This document shows positions 50,813-61,553 of a DNA stretch of 64,000 nucleotides, in pieces. Position 1 is the stretch's first letter, and the number at the start of each line of letters is the position of its first letter. The stretch is from a virus: the IMG/VR virus record IMGVR_UViG_3300002835_000063, positions 1-64,000 of that record; one strand, given 5' to 3'. The position numbers and the translations under genes were made by a program. Below the pieces are notes generated by a model. It saw only the letters and a list, made by a program, of their open reading frames with translations. It made no database searches and was not told the origin of the DNA.

Positions 50813-51583
50813 GTGTCAGAACAGATCAACAAAACCGAAGAAGAAGTACGCCTAGAGGCAGAACAAAAAAGTAAAGAAGAGCAAAAAAATATACACGAGC
50901 GGCTAGTAAATTGGTACAAAATTGACGAGGTGACTTGGAGTTCAGCAGAAGAAATTGTTCCTGGCAGCGGCATTTGGGTATACCATGATGTTTTGCCCGC
51001 CGAGATGAATATAATTTCTCGGTTAGAAGAAGTTTTAGATAATCCAGAAAATAACTATCAGTACCAAGAAGCAATGGTCGGATATGCAATGAAAATCCCG
51101 GAGTACCGAGACTGCGTAGATTTTAAATACAAAGAGAATGACTTTGACAATGATCAGTCAGAGTGGGGTGACAAGCTTCGACAGTTGGCAAAAGATACAA
51201 AGTATAGACAGCTACAGGTAGTAAAAGATTACACAAGAAGATATAACATCGGCGAACTTCGTTACTGGGAAGCAACCAACTATGTTCGCTATGGAGTTGG
51301 CCAACACTTCCAGGAACATCACGATCACGGGTACTCCTACAACTGTGTAGTTTCTTTGGTTGCGTACCCAAATGACGACTACGAAGGCGGTGAGCTTTAT
51401 TTCAGATTACAAAACATAACTGCTAAAGCCCGCGCTGGCGATGTTTTTATTTTTCCCTCTAATTTTATGTACCCACACAGGGCAATGCCAGTTAAGTCTG
51501 GAGTTAAATACTCTATGGTTACTATGCTTGATTACTCAGAAAAACTACACAATCCAGAATTTTTTAAGGAGCTAGAGAACTAG
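50813..51583 (+). CDS. 2OG-Fe(II) oxygenase (P4H-like)
   Basis: HHD...NDDYEGGEL...HRA...KYS. Confidence 0.9.
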   Translation: MSEQINKTEEEVRLEAEQKSKEEQKNIHERLVNWYKIDEVTWSSAEEIVPGSGIWVYHDVLPAEMNIISRLEEVLDNPENNYQYQEAMVGYAMKIPEYRDCVDFKYKENDFDNDQSEWGDKLRQLAKDTKYRQLQVVKDYTRRYNIGELRYWEATNYVRYGVGQHFQEHHDHGYSYNCVVSLVAYPNDDYEGGELYFRLQNITAKARAGDVFIFPSNFMYPHRAMPVKSGVKYSMVTMLDYSEKLHNPEFFKELEN

Positions 51584-52329
51584 TGTCAATAGTTTCGATA
51601 CAAAAGCTTTTTAAAGAGGGAGACGTTGCAAATATTGAGCAACTTCCAGCCCGTAGAGACTGGATGGATCAAACTCAGGACAAACATGCCTACATGTGTT
51701 TTCCCTTAAATCTAACAAACAGGCTTGGTTGGTCAATATCTTTTCCGGAGGATATTTCTTTTATTTGGGACGGAGTAACAGATACTTCTCCAGATCATGT
51801 AAAAATTTTAAAAGGAGAAAAATTTGTTCACCCAACTAGGGGAAATGCAACAATTAGTTTTTTAACTGGTTTAAAGTTCACAACAGACCAAAATACTTCT
51901 ATATTGGCAATGCCAGTACCCAACTTGTTTATCAGGGGGGCGCAGTGCTACACAACTCTGATGAGCACCTCTTTTTATATACACATGCTTCCACTGGCCT
52001 GGAGAATTACTGAACCAAACATAGAAATAGAAATACCAGCCGGAACCCCCGTAGCTTCAATTTTGCCAATCTCTTTAACAAATCTAGAGAACGACTACGA
52101 ACTTCAAATTACCGAGGACCTGCCAGACGGATCCTACTGGGAAGAAGTTAGAAAGTATGGCGATGCAACCATAATTAAAAATGGCGCGGGCGACTGGTCA
52201 AAAATGTATAGAGATGCCCTAGACTATAACGGAAATTCTGTTGGCTCTCATGAAACTAAATCAATAAAATTAAAAACTGTAGTATGCCCGGCTACAGGAA
52301 AAAACTATGAAATAGAGGAAACTATTTAA
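51583..52329 (+). CDS. DUF6065-like protein
   Basis: RDWMDQT..HAYMCFPL..NRLGW. Confidence 0.7.
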   Translation: MSIVSIQKLFKEGDVANIEQLPARRDWMDQTQDKHAYMCFPLNLTNRLGWSISFPEDISFIWDGVTDTSPDHVKILKGEKFVHPTRGNATISFLTGLKFTTDQNTSILAMPVPNLFIRGAQCYTTLMSTSFYIHMLPLAWRITEPNIEIEIPAGTPVASILPISLTNLENDYELQITEDLPDGSYWEEVRKYGDATIIKNGAGDWSKMYRDALDYNGNSVGSHETKSIKLKTVVCPATGKNYEIEETI

Positions 52330-53069
52330 TGGAAACTAAAAAAATTAAGTTTGTAGTAAATAGACCTTGGTTAAGTAAAGAAAGTAGTTCTCTGCCAAAA
52401 CCAACAATAAAAACTATTCCAGATTGGTACAGAGAGGGGGATCGATATGCAAAACATCCAGTAACTGGAGAGTACTGGAAAGATCCGCAGAATGGCGGAA
52501 AAATTCCAACTTGGAAAGCTTGCCCATCGGTATATGACATCATGGGCTCTGGCTATGTTTACAGGACTCCCTGCGACATTGAATTTAAAGAAAATATTTA
52601 CGGACAAATAGAAGCCAAAGTTTTAGACGAAAAAAATAAAGACTTTTTGCAACTTAGAACGCCCATGCCAGGATTTAAAGCTCCAATGGGATACCACGAT
52701 GTTCATTTTGCGTGGTGGGCTGATTGGGCGGTCGAATTGCCCGAGGGGTATAGTGCACTTTACTCCCAGCCGTTTAATAGATTTGAACTGCCGTTTATTA
52801 CAACTAGTGGAATTATTGATAACGACAAAGTCCATTTGCCGGGGACAATGCCATTTTTTGTTGTAAAAGGATTCCAAGGAGTTCTACCAGCAGGAACTCC
52901 GTATGCTCAGATCTTGCCATTTTTAAGAGAGCACTGGGAATCTGAAATTGTAGATTCCATAGGTTACGAAAAAATGGTACAAAAAAATATGGACAACAGC
53001 CAAAAATACAGGGTCCCAGACGGCGGGGTTTACCAAAAAGATGTCTGGGAACGAAGAAAATACGAATAA
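52329..53069 (+). CDS. DUF6065-related hypothetical protein
   Basis: PDWY...TWKACP..D...GY; SGIIDND; AGTPYAQILP matches AGTPVASILP of the neighbour. Confidence 0.6.
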   Translation: METKKIKFVVNRPWLSKESSSLPKPTIKTIPDWYREGDRYAKHPVTGEYWKDPQNGGKIPTWKACPSVYDIMGSGYVYRTPCDIEFKENIYGQIEAKVLDEKNKDFLQLRTPMPGFKAPMGYHDVHFAWWADWAVELPEGYSALYSQPFNRFELPFITTSGIIDNDKVHLPGTMPFFVVKGFQGVLPAGTPYAQILPFLREHWESEIVDSIGYEKMVQKNMDNSQKYRVPDGGVYQKDVWERRKYE

Positions 53070-53083
53070 GATAAACTAGACCC

Positions 53084-53767
53084 ATGAGAAACGACTACAC
53101 AAATAACAACATTACTCCATATATGTCAATAACCCCTTCAGGATTTTTTGGCGATTCTGCAGAAAATATTGTTGCTATTGACGACTTTATGACCGAAGAA
53201 GAATTAACCTATCTAAACAATTTTGCTAGGAAAAATACCATGTGGGACGCAACCGAGACTCACTATAACGAAGATGGTACAGTGATTTATGACTCTTCTT
53301 ACTGGGATCATCGAGTTGCAACGGCTCCCATATTAAAAGAAGCTGATATAAAAGTAGTTGAACTAATATCTGATATGCAAGATAGATTAAAGAAAAAAGT
53401 TGATACTTTTTTCGCAGTGGATGCTCATCCCACAAGCCCGGCGCTAGTTAGGTGGCTACCCGGACAAAGACAGCAACCGCACGCAGATAAAGAACTACAT
53501 GAGGGCGAGGGCAGGGGGAAGCCAAATGACTTCCCATACTATGACATAGCTGGCCTTTTTTATATAAACGATGACTATGAGGGAGGAGAGCTATATTTCC
53601 CTAACCAAGGTATTCAATTTAAACCAAAAGCCGGATCAGCTTACTTTTTTCCAGGAGACATGAATTATATCCACGGAGTCACAGAAATCAAGTCTGGAAT
53701 TAGATATGTTTGCCCATTTTTCTGGACAATAAAAGAGCACACTGGCAACCACAAACCAAATTTATAG
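53084..53767 (+). CDS. 2OG-Fe(II) oxygenase
   Basis: HAD...YINDDYEGGEL...HGV...RY. Confidence 0.9.
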   Translation: MRNDYTNNNITPYMSITPSGFFGDSAENIVAIDDFMTEEELTYLNNFARKNTMWDATETHYNEDGTVIYDSSYWDHRVATAPILKEADIKVVELISDMQDRLKKKVDTFFAVDAHPTSPALVRWLPGQRQQPHADKELHEGEGRGKPNDFPYYDIAGLFYINDDYEGGELYFPNQGIQFKPKAGSAYFFPGDMNYIHGVTEIKSGIRYVCPFFWTIKEHTGNHKPNL

Positions 53768-53798
53768 TAGAATTATCATCAACAAGCAAGGATCTAAA

Positions 53799-54578
53799 AT
53801 GCATTTAGCCCAGAAACTACACGAAGAAGTTTATCTATACGAGGATGTAATTAGTGATCCCAAAAAACTTATTGATTTAATTGAAGAATTAGATGAAGAC
53901 GAAACTGTCCAAAGCGTAATTCCAGAATGGGGCTTTTGGTTTTCAAACAGCCGTGACGGTCACAGTTTCGGCAGTAAAAAAGATTTTAATCCAGAAGCCT
54001 TAGATCAACTAGACTCATCTAGAAAAGAAGATGTTGAGTTTATAGTAAAAGAAATTCAGAGTGGTGTAAAAAATGTTGCAGAATCCTACTACAAAGATAG
54101 AGGACTAGAGGGTCAACCACAAATATCTCCGTTTGTTGGAATTATGAAGTACCGCCCAGGCTGCGAAATGGGCGCACACTTTGACGCTCAGGCCGGAGAT
54201 AGAAGTTTAAAGTATTCGATTGTGATGTATTTAAATGACGACTATGAGGGCGGAGAGATCTCCTTTATTATTAGACCATATGATTTAAGAAACCCAAAAA
54301 ATTTCCACCTTCAACCATCAACCGATGCTGACGACCCCAAAAATAAAGATCTCACAGACTTTACGCTAAAACCAAAAGCTGGATCAGCATTAATTTTTCC
54401 CTCTACTCATCCGTATAAGCACCAAGTTCACATAATTAAGGGTGGAGATAAGTATATTTTCCCTGGTTTTGTTTTTCAAGATGATTTTGATCCAAATGAT
54501 CCAGCTTCTAGAGAAAAATACAATGCCGGATCTCTATACGAAAAGCCAACCGAAGACGTTTATTTCGACGAAGACTAA
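53799..54578 (+). CDS. 2OG-Fe(II) oxygenase
   Basis: HFD...YLNDDYEGGE...HQV...KY. Confidence 0.9.
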   Translation: MHLAQKLHEEVYLYEDVISDPKKLIDLIEELDEDETVQSVIPEWGFWFSNSRDGHSFGSKKDFNPEALDQLDSSRKEDVEFIVKEIQSGVKNVAESYYKDRGLEGQPQISPFVGIMKYRPGCEMGAHFDAQAGDRSLKYSIVMYLNDDYEGGEISFIIRPYDLRNPKNFHLQPSTDADDPKNKDLTDFTLKPKAGSALIFPSTHPYKHQVHIIKGGDKYIFPGFVFQDDFDPNDPASREKYNAGSLYEKPTEDVYFDED

Positions 54579-54582
54579 TAAA

Positions 54583-55197
54583 ATGTATGAGGCCATTTCG
54601 CCAAAAGTTCTATACTTTAAAAATTTTTATAAAGACACAGAAAAGTTTTTAGAGGCTATAGAAAGCTCCCCACCCTGGGAACCATGGAATTCTCGGGGTG
54701 GCCAAAATATTTTTACTTACGGAGTATTAAAAACATTTCATACCCAAGAATACAAACAAATAGCAGATATTAATCAAAAAAATTCTAGTAAATTTATTAT
54801 TAATGCCATGAAAAAAATAAATTTAGTCTGCGGATCAGAGTATTTAAAACATTTTCAATGCTCGGACAATGAATTAAGTAGATTAAAAAAGTCCATTTTA
54901 ACGGATAAAATAATTATTGGCGTAAAAAAATATTTTGAGGGGGGGACCACCCTAGGCCCACACCCAGACGCGGACCTACAATCATCAAAAGATGAAATAA
55001 GCATAACTTTTTATCCAAACGATAATTATGAGGGCGGAGAATTAAATTTTCCCGATTTGGGGCTAACAATTAAACCAGAGGCCGGAAGTGTGGTCATATA
55101 CCCATCAAAATATTTACATGAATCTTTCCCCGTTCCCACGGGAGAAAAGTTGGTGTCTAATCACGTATACATTGGACTGGAAAAAATATGGAAATAA
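54583..55197 (+). CDS. 2OG-Fe(II) oxygenase
   Basis: HPD...YPNDNYEGGEL...HES...K; start moved to the ATG at 54583. Confidence 0.85.
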   Translation: MYEAISPKVLYFKNFYKDTEKFLEAIESSPPWEPWNSRGGQNIFTYGVLKTFHTQEYKQIADINQKNSSKFIINAMKKINLVCGSEYLKHFQCSDNELSRLKKSILTDKIIIGVKKYFEGGTTLGPHPDADLQSSKDEISITFYPNDNYEGGELNFPDLGLTIKPEAGSVVIYPSKYLHESFPVPTGEKLVSNHVYIGLEKIWK

Positions 55198-55844
55198 AAT
55201 ATGAAATACCTTACGAGAATATTGTTTATTTTCCAGAAATTGTTCCGGACGTAGATAACATAATTTCTTCAATAGAGTCCACAAATAGTCTAGCTATAAC
55301 TAAATGGGAAATTTGGAATGCTTATGGAGAATCAGACGGGGATCCATATGGCGAAGTAAAATACATGAGCAAACATCTTTTAGATGCAGAGACTAACCAA
55401 AAAACTGTAGAAACCTCAAAATATATAATTTCTACGCTAATAAGTTCAATGTCATTAGCAGCCGAAACTTACGCAAAAATATATAACATTGATTCTAACC
55501 TTTTGCAGTATGCAATTGATGCATTAAATATGCCTGGCACAAAATATGGAATAAACAAATATTTTGAGAATCAATACATGGGACCACACGTTGACTGGAA
55601 TGAGTACAACTCCGACATTACTTATACCATTGTTGTTTACTTGAACGATGATTACGAAGGCGGGGAGCTATTTTTTGTGGATCCGGACATAAACATAAAA
55701 ATAAAACCTAAAAAGGGAAGCATAGTAATGTTTCCATCTGTCCTGCCATATCTGCATCAATCCTGTGAGATTACTAAGGGAAGAAAAATGCTGATAACTC
55801 ATCACTGGAAAAATGATTCACTATCAAGAAACAGGACTTACTAA
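55188..55844 (+). CDS. 2OG-Fe(II) oxygenase
   Basis: HVD...YLNDDYEGGEL...HQS...K. Confidence 0.9.
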   Translation: MEIKYEIPYENIVYFPEIVPDVDNIISSIESTNSLAITKWEIWNAYGESDGDPYGEVKYMSKHLLDAETNQKTVETSKYIISTLISSMSLAAETYAKIYNIDSNLLQYAIDALNMPGTKYGINKYFENQYMGPHVDWNEYNSDITYTIVVYLNDDYEGGELFFVDPDINIKIKPKKGSIVMFPSVLPYLHQSCEITKGRKMLITHHWKNDSLSRNRTY

Positions 55845-56698
55845 TGTCAATTAATGTAAATCTTATTGAAGTTTTTTCTAAAGAAGATCTCTATTCTAGA
55901 CTAAACGAAATTTTAGATGTTCAAACTAAAAATTCCATTGTTGGGATTAGAGGAGTTAGGCTTACTGAAGAAGAGCAGCTACAGCTAGCCAGAGATCTCG
56001 GAGACATAGCTGGCTGGTTCCCAAACAACACCGACAAATTTAATCACAAATATATTGAAAATCACTCTGCCAACCCATCGGTGGGAGCCTCTTCAAATAA
56101 CGAATTAATTTTAAGCTGGCACCTAGAGCGCGTCGATTATGACGAATATCTTTTGTTGGTGGCTGGCGTTTGGAACATGAGACTTTTTAATTGTGATCCA
56201 GAATCGGGTAAAACATATTTTATAGATTCCAGAAAAGTGTTCCAAAAAATTTACAATGAAGATGAAAAGAATTTTTTGCGAGGCTGCAAAGCCTACTGGA
56301 CAGAACAAACGCCAAGCGGCAATACACGCACTAATTATGTAAAGATTGTTCAGCCCCATTGGAAGACCGAAGAAGAACAAATTAGAGTTGAGCTACACCA
56401 TATGGCTGCAATTAAATTGTACAAAATAAACGATAATGACCCAACTTCAGAAGAAGCGGCCGCCTTTGAGTCATTAATGAAAAGATTTTCTCAAGAAATA
56501 GCAAACAACGAAGATTTAAGAATAATTCACAAATGGAAAGAGGGAGACATCCTCATTCCAGATCTTTTCTCTCTAGCGCACGCCGTCACGGGCGGATTTG
56601 ACCCCAAAGACAGAGAGTTTACCGGATACTGGTGCTATACGGCGTCTCCCTCTAGTGTTGGAGAAGACAATGTCCCGCCATCTTGGAGGGGTGAATAA
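55844..56698 (+). CDS. TauD/TfdA-family dioxygenase
   Basis: WHLE, GKTYFID, HKWKEGDILIPD...AH...R. Confidence 0.8.
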   Translation: MSINVNLIEVFSKEDLYSRLNEILDVQTKNSIVGIRGVRLTEEEQLQLARDLGDIAGWFPNNTDKFNHKYIENHSANPSVGASSNNELILSWHLERVDYDEYLLLVAGVWNMRLFNCDPESGKTYFIDSRKVFQKIYNEDEKNFLRGCKAYWTEQTPSGNTRTNYVKIVQPHWKTEEEQIRVELHHMAAIKLYKINDNDPTSEEAAAFESLMKRFSQEIANNEDLRIIHKWKEGDILIPDLFSLAHAVTGGFDPKDREFTGYWCYTASPSSVGEDNVPPSWRGE

Positions 56699-56700
56699 GC

Positions 56701-57171
56701 TTGAACGATTTAAATCCAACAAATGAAGTATATGTAAATCAATACAAAGAAGCTGTAAAACAAAATAAAGCAAATTCTTATATGCTCACTATTGCCAGAG
56801 ACGGCGAATCACCAGTCAGGTCAATTTATTTTTATGATAATGCAGTAGACGCCACTATTGGATATGAAGCATACCAAGACTGGGGATTTGCTAAAGACTA
56901 TCTAACGGTGGAGCTATATGAGCCAACTGGAAGGGTTCACAGCAAAGTTTTGCGCAGGCCTCGCGGTGGAGAGTGCACTTTTGAGCGGGCACAGTACTAC
57001 CAAATTTCTGACATAATAAACGCCGTTAAGCCAAAAGTAGACGAGGAAGCATTCAACTACCTAGCCTACGAGTTTGCTAAGCTATTCTCGAAGGACAACC
57101 AAAGGTTTAATCCAGAGCGATTTTTAGAGACGCTGGGATATACAGGAGAAATAAATGACAGATCTGTCTAA
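56701..57171 (+). CDS. Hypothetical protein
   Basis: 156 aa ORF; DNQRFNPERF motif. Confidence 0.65.
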   Translation: MNDLNPTNEVYVNQYKEAVKQNKANSYMLTIARDGESPVRSIYFYDNAVDATIGYEAYQDWGFAKDYLTVELYEPTGRVHSKVLRRPRGGECTFERAQYYQISDIINAVKPKVDEEAFNYLAYEFAKLFSKDNQRFNPERFLETLGYTGEINDRSV

Positions 57172-57889
57172 GATCGAGACTACCCCGACAGAGTTTGGCG
57201 ATAAGGGATTTATCAAAGAAGATATTGTTTTTTACAATAATTTTCTAACCCAAGAAGAGTGTGAGACCCTGGTTAGAGTATTCGAGGACGAAGAGCAACC
57301 CTGGAGCATGTCAGCTTTTTTTGAGTCGTACGGCATGAGTATTATGCCAGAAGACCCGATTTTAGAGCGATACGGGTTACCTAGAGATTACTTTGGGAAA
57401 CTAGCAGATAGGCTACATAAGGTAGTAGAAGATGCCCACGAGCGTCCAGTAAAATCAGTTTCGTCTCATGCCCAGAAGTGGCAAATAGGGGCGTTTGCTC
57501 CATTTCATTCAGACAACACCGACATGGATGGAAACCCGTCTGCCTGGGAGAAAAGCAAACTTGTCTGCCTCTTGTACATAAATGACGACTATGAGGGCGG
57601 AGAGCTAGACTTTAGGGATCACGATATCTCGATCAAACCGGTGGCGGGCCAGTTAATTACTTTCCCCGGCGGATTTAATAACATCCACCAAGTGTTGCCA
57701 GTGAGGGGCTCTACGAGACATACCATTGGAGCTTTCTGGGATTATGCCGAATCGGTCTACTCCGAAGAGCGCATGAAGCAATGGGAAGATGAAATCCAAA
57801 AGGTCCGAGAAGAGCAAAAAGTCATGCAGGACGAGTGGAAAGAAATGGTTGCCAAGGGGGTCCACCCCACGGATCCGGGCGCTCAATAG
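57155..57889 (+). CDS. 2OG-Fe(II) oxygenase
   Basis: HSD...YINDDYEGGEL...HQV...RH. Confidence 0.9.
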   Translation: MTDLSKIETTPTEFGDKGFIKEDIVFYNNFLTQEECETLVRVFEDEEQPWSMSAFFESYGMSIMPEDPILERYGLPRDYFGKLADRLHKVVEDAHERPVKSVSSHAQKWQIGAFAPFHSDNTDMDGNPSAWEKSKLVCLLYINDDYEGGELDFRDHDISIKPVAGQLITFPGGFNNIHQVLPVRGSTRHTIGAFWDYAESVYSEERMKQWEDEIQKVREEQKVMQDEWKEMVAKGVHPTDPGAQ

Positions 57890-57953
57890 TCAATTTAGCC
57901 AAACTGCGGTAAAATTGTAAGGACTAGTCTAATCCCCTGTTAGGACTTTCCGC

Positions 57954-58331
57954 ATGAGTCATTTGCGTGGCAATATCCATGATCTAATCACAGATCAGGG
58001 ATCTACTGTACACCAGGTATTTACTATCAAAAACTCGGCTCGTCGGATAATCCCCCTAACCGGGTATTCGGCTCGTATGCAAGTCAGACGTTGGGACGTG
58101 GAAACCAGGGATCCCGTCCTAACAACTATCGCTGAATATACAACTGCAAACGGATATCTAACCGTCAACGGTGCCGCGGGAACCGTGACTCTTCTTATTC
58201 CGCCCGCCGATATGGCAGCATACGAGCCAGGTTCTTATGTTTACGACATCGAGGTCGAGACAGCAAATGCTGGAGATACCACTCGGATCATCCAGGGAAA
58301 ATTTATTGTGAGAGCTGAGGTAACCAAGTAG
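57954..58331 (+). CDS. Putative fibre adaptor/structural protein; paralog of 42855-43217
   Basis: DQGST...GYSARMQVR...YVYDIE...[11 protein letters not shown]. Confidence 0.65.
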   Translation: MSHLRGNIHDLITDQGSTVHQVFTIKNSARRIIPLTGYSARMQVRRWDVETRDPVLTTIAEYTTANGYLTVNGAAGTVTLLIPPADMAAYEPGSYVYDIEVETANAGDTTRIIQGKFIVRAEVTK

Positions 58332-60742
58332 TGGTACTCTCTGACAATTTTGCATATGTAGACGTTAAAGGTCCTGGACCTCAAGGACCTGCAGGACCAA
58401 CAGGACCTGCAGGACCAGCAGGTGGACCAACTGGACCCACAGGTGTCACGGGACCGACAGGTGCAACGGGACCATCTGTTACAGGTCCAACAGGTCCTAC
58501 TGGACCTACTGGAAACTTAGGTCCTACGGGCCCAACAGGTCCTCAGGGTATTGCAGGTTTGTCAGTCACCGGTGCAACTGGTGCAACTGGAGCAACTGGT
58601 GCAGCCGGTGCTACAGGACCAACTGGAGCACAGGGTATTGCAGGTTTATCAATTACTGGACCAACTGGTGCTGCAGGCGTTGCAGGTCCAACAGGACCAA
58701 CCGGTGCAACTGGTGCAGCAGGTTCTGATGGACTAAGCATTACTGGACCAACTGGACCAACTGGTGCTGCAGGCGTTGCAGGTCCAACAGGACCTACTGG
58801 GTCGCAAGGTATTGCTGGTTTATCAATTACTGGACCTACCGGTGCGCAAGGAAACGTGGGCCCAACTGGTGCAACAGGACCTACTGGGTCGCAAGGTATT
58901 GCTGGTTTATCAATTACTGGACCTACCGGTGCTCTTGGTCCCACTGGTCCCACTGGCCCTACGGGCCCAACTGGCGCAGACAGCATGGTTACAGGTCCGA
59001 CTGGTCCTACAGGACCCACAGGTCCTACCGGAGCAACTGGAGCAACTGGTGCAGACAGCATGGTTACAGGTCCGACTGGTCCTACAGGACCCACAGGTCC
59101 TACCGGAGCAACTGGAGCAACTGGTGCAGACAGCATGGTTACAGGTCCGACTGGTCCAACCGGTGCAACTGGACCTCAAGGAATATCACTAGAGCTAATT
59201 GGATCAGTAGAGAATATAATTGATCTACCGCCCAGTGCAAATATTAACGAAGCATATATTGTCCAAGCCGATGGAAATCTTTATGTGTGGGACGGCGCTC
59301 AATGGGTAGATGTTGGCCAAATTGTTGGACCCATTGGACCGACTGGCCCAACTGGCCCAACGGGAGCAACTGGACCTCAGGGCAATCAGGGCATCCAAGG
59401 TGTTCAAGGCGACACCGGACCCATTGGACCGACAGGCGCAACTGGCCCAGAAGGAAATTATTATGTTGGAGATAATCCTCCACTAACTCCTACAGAGGGC
59501 GATGGTTGGTTCAACACTTCTACAACAAAATTCTTTATTTACTACGACAATTTTTGGATTGAAGTTGCCACCACCGAGCGAGGCCCAACTGGAGCGACTG
59601 GAGATACAGGGCCAGCTGGACCAACAGGTTCCACCGGAGCGACTGGAGATACGGGACCTCAAGGTATTCAGGGTGTAACTGGACCTACCGGAGCGACTGG
59701 AGATACGGGACCTCAAGGTATTCAGGGTGTAACTGGACCTACCGGAGCGACTGGAGATACGGGAGCTACGGGCCCTACCGGAGCGACTGGAGATACGGGA
59801 GCTACGGGCCCTACCGGAGCTGATGCACTGTGGAATTTCACTGGACCATATCAAATAGGGTCTTCTTATGCAGTGGGCGATGTTGCTACCTATGGTGGAC
59901 AGACTTGGTATCGCATAGACGCAAATGGTGGAAACACCGGAGACACCCCATCAGAGGGAACATTCTGGACATTGATAGCGCAAGCAGGAGCTATCGGCGA
60001 CACAGGCCCTACTGGAGCGACTGGAGACACTGGACCTCAAGGTATTCAGGGTGTAACTGGACCTACCGGAGCGACTGGAGACACTGGACCCCAAGGGCCA
60101 ACTGGACCAACGGGTGACACAGGCCCGACGGGCCCGACGGGATTGGGTATTCCACTGGGTGGCGACACCGGTCAAATTTTGGCAAAAGACTCTCCAGCCG
60201 ATGGCGACTATGTTTGGGTTGACAACTATGCTGATTGGACTGCTGTTGTTAAGCACGAAGTTAGAGCAGAGCAAGTATTAACAAAAGGTCAAGCTGTCTA
60301 TGTTAGCTCTTCTGATGGCACCAACATGCGAGTCTCTAAATCGTCTAATGCTACAGAATCAGCATCAAGCAAAACCCTGGGAATTATTGCTCAGAATTTG
60401 GCAGTAAACGGTCAAGGCTTCGTAATAACAGAGGGCCTTCTAGCTGGTCTAAACACATCGACCGCTACAACTGGAGATCCAATTTGGCTTGGAACTGATG
60501 GAAACTTAATTTTTGGCTTAGCAAACAAGCCATCAGCTCCAGCTCATTTAGTTTATTTAGGTGTCGTAACTAGAGTAAATCTTAACAATGGTGAGATATT
60601 TGTTAAGGTTCAAAATGGATTTGAACTGCAAGAACTTCACAATGTAAAAATTAACGGCATCCAAGGCGGCGATATTTTGTCTTACAATGCAATTAGCCAG
60701 CTTTGGGAAAATATTCATGTTGTTGACGGAGGTACGCCATAA
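58331..60742 (+). CDS. Collagen-like fibre protein
   Basis: Extensive [12 protein letters not shown] triplets interrupted by globular domains. Confidence 0.88.
58976..59157 (+). repeat. Exact 75-bp tandem duplication (2 copies plus partial)
   Basis: Units start at 58976, 59051 and 59126. Confidence 0.9.
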
Positions 60743-61542
60743 TGGCTATTGATTTTCCAAATAGTCCGTCTATAGGACAACAAGTTTCTGCAAATGGCAC
60801 CATCTGGGAGTGGGATGGAATTGCTTGGGTTGTAATTGGGACACCTGTTTCCATTGGCCCAACTGGACCAATCGGGCCAACTGGACCGCAAGGCAGCCAA
60901 GGAATTACTGGTCCAACAGGAAGCACTGGTCCAACAGGCGCTGACAGCACAGTACCGGGACCAACCGGACCAACTGGACCCCAAGGAGATACGGGTCCAA
61001 CAGGCATTCAAGGAAACGTGGGTCCTACCGGACCACAGGGAATTCAAGGCCCAACCGGAGCAGTTGGTTCCCAGGGTGTGCAGGGTGCAACAGGTCCAAC
61101 TGGACATCAAGGTGATACAGGACCAACTGGCGCAACAGGAGACACTGGACCTCAAGGAAACATCGGAGACACAGGGCCTGCAGGACCGACTGGAGCAACT
61201 GGAGACACAGGGCCTGCAGGACCGACTGGAGCAACTGGTGCAACTGGTGCAACTGGACCTACAGGAGCAGATGGAACATTCTTAGTTTCAAGCTCAGTGC
61301 CGCCAACCCCCACCGAGGGTCAAATTTGGTTTAATTCAGTTGAAGGTAAATTATTAATTTTCTATGACGGTTTTTGGGTAGAAACAATTGTCGGTGAGGT
61401 TGGAGCGACAGGACCAACCGGTCCAGCGGGGAGCTCTACTTTGTATACTCCAACAACACCATTAGATTGGGTCACCACCCCAAATACTATCTCTGAAGCA
61501 TTAGATCAACTTGCTAGTAGAATAAAAGCACTAGAACCGTAG
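60742..61542 (+). CDS. Collagen-like fibre protein
   Basis: [14 protein letters not shown] start; long Gly-X-Y run. Confidence 0.85.
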   Translation: MAIDFPNSPSIGQQVSANGTIWEWDGIAWVVIGTPVSIGPTGPIGPTGPQGSQGITGPTGSTGPTGADSTVPGPTGPTGPQGDTGPTGIQGNVGPTGPQGIQGPTGAVGSQGVQGATGPTGHQGDTGPTGATGDTGPQGNIGDTGPAGPTGATGDTGPAGPTGATGATGATGPTGADGTFLVSSSVPPTPTEGQIWFNSVEGKLLIFYDGFWVETIVGEVGATGPTGPAGSSTLYTPTTPLDWVTTPNTISEALDQLASRIKALEP

Positions 61543-61553
61543 GATAAACATAA

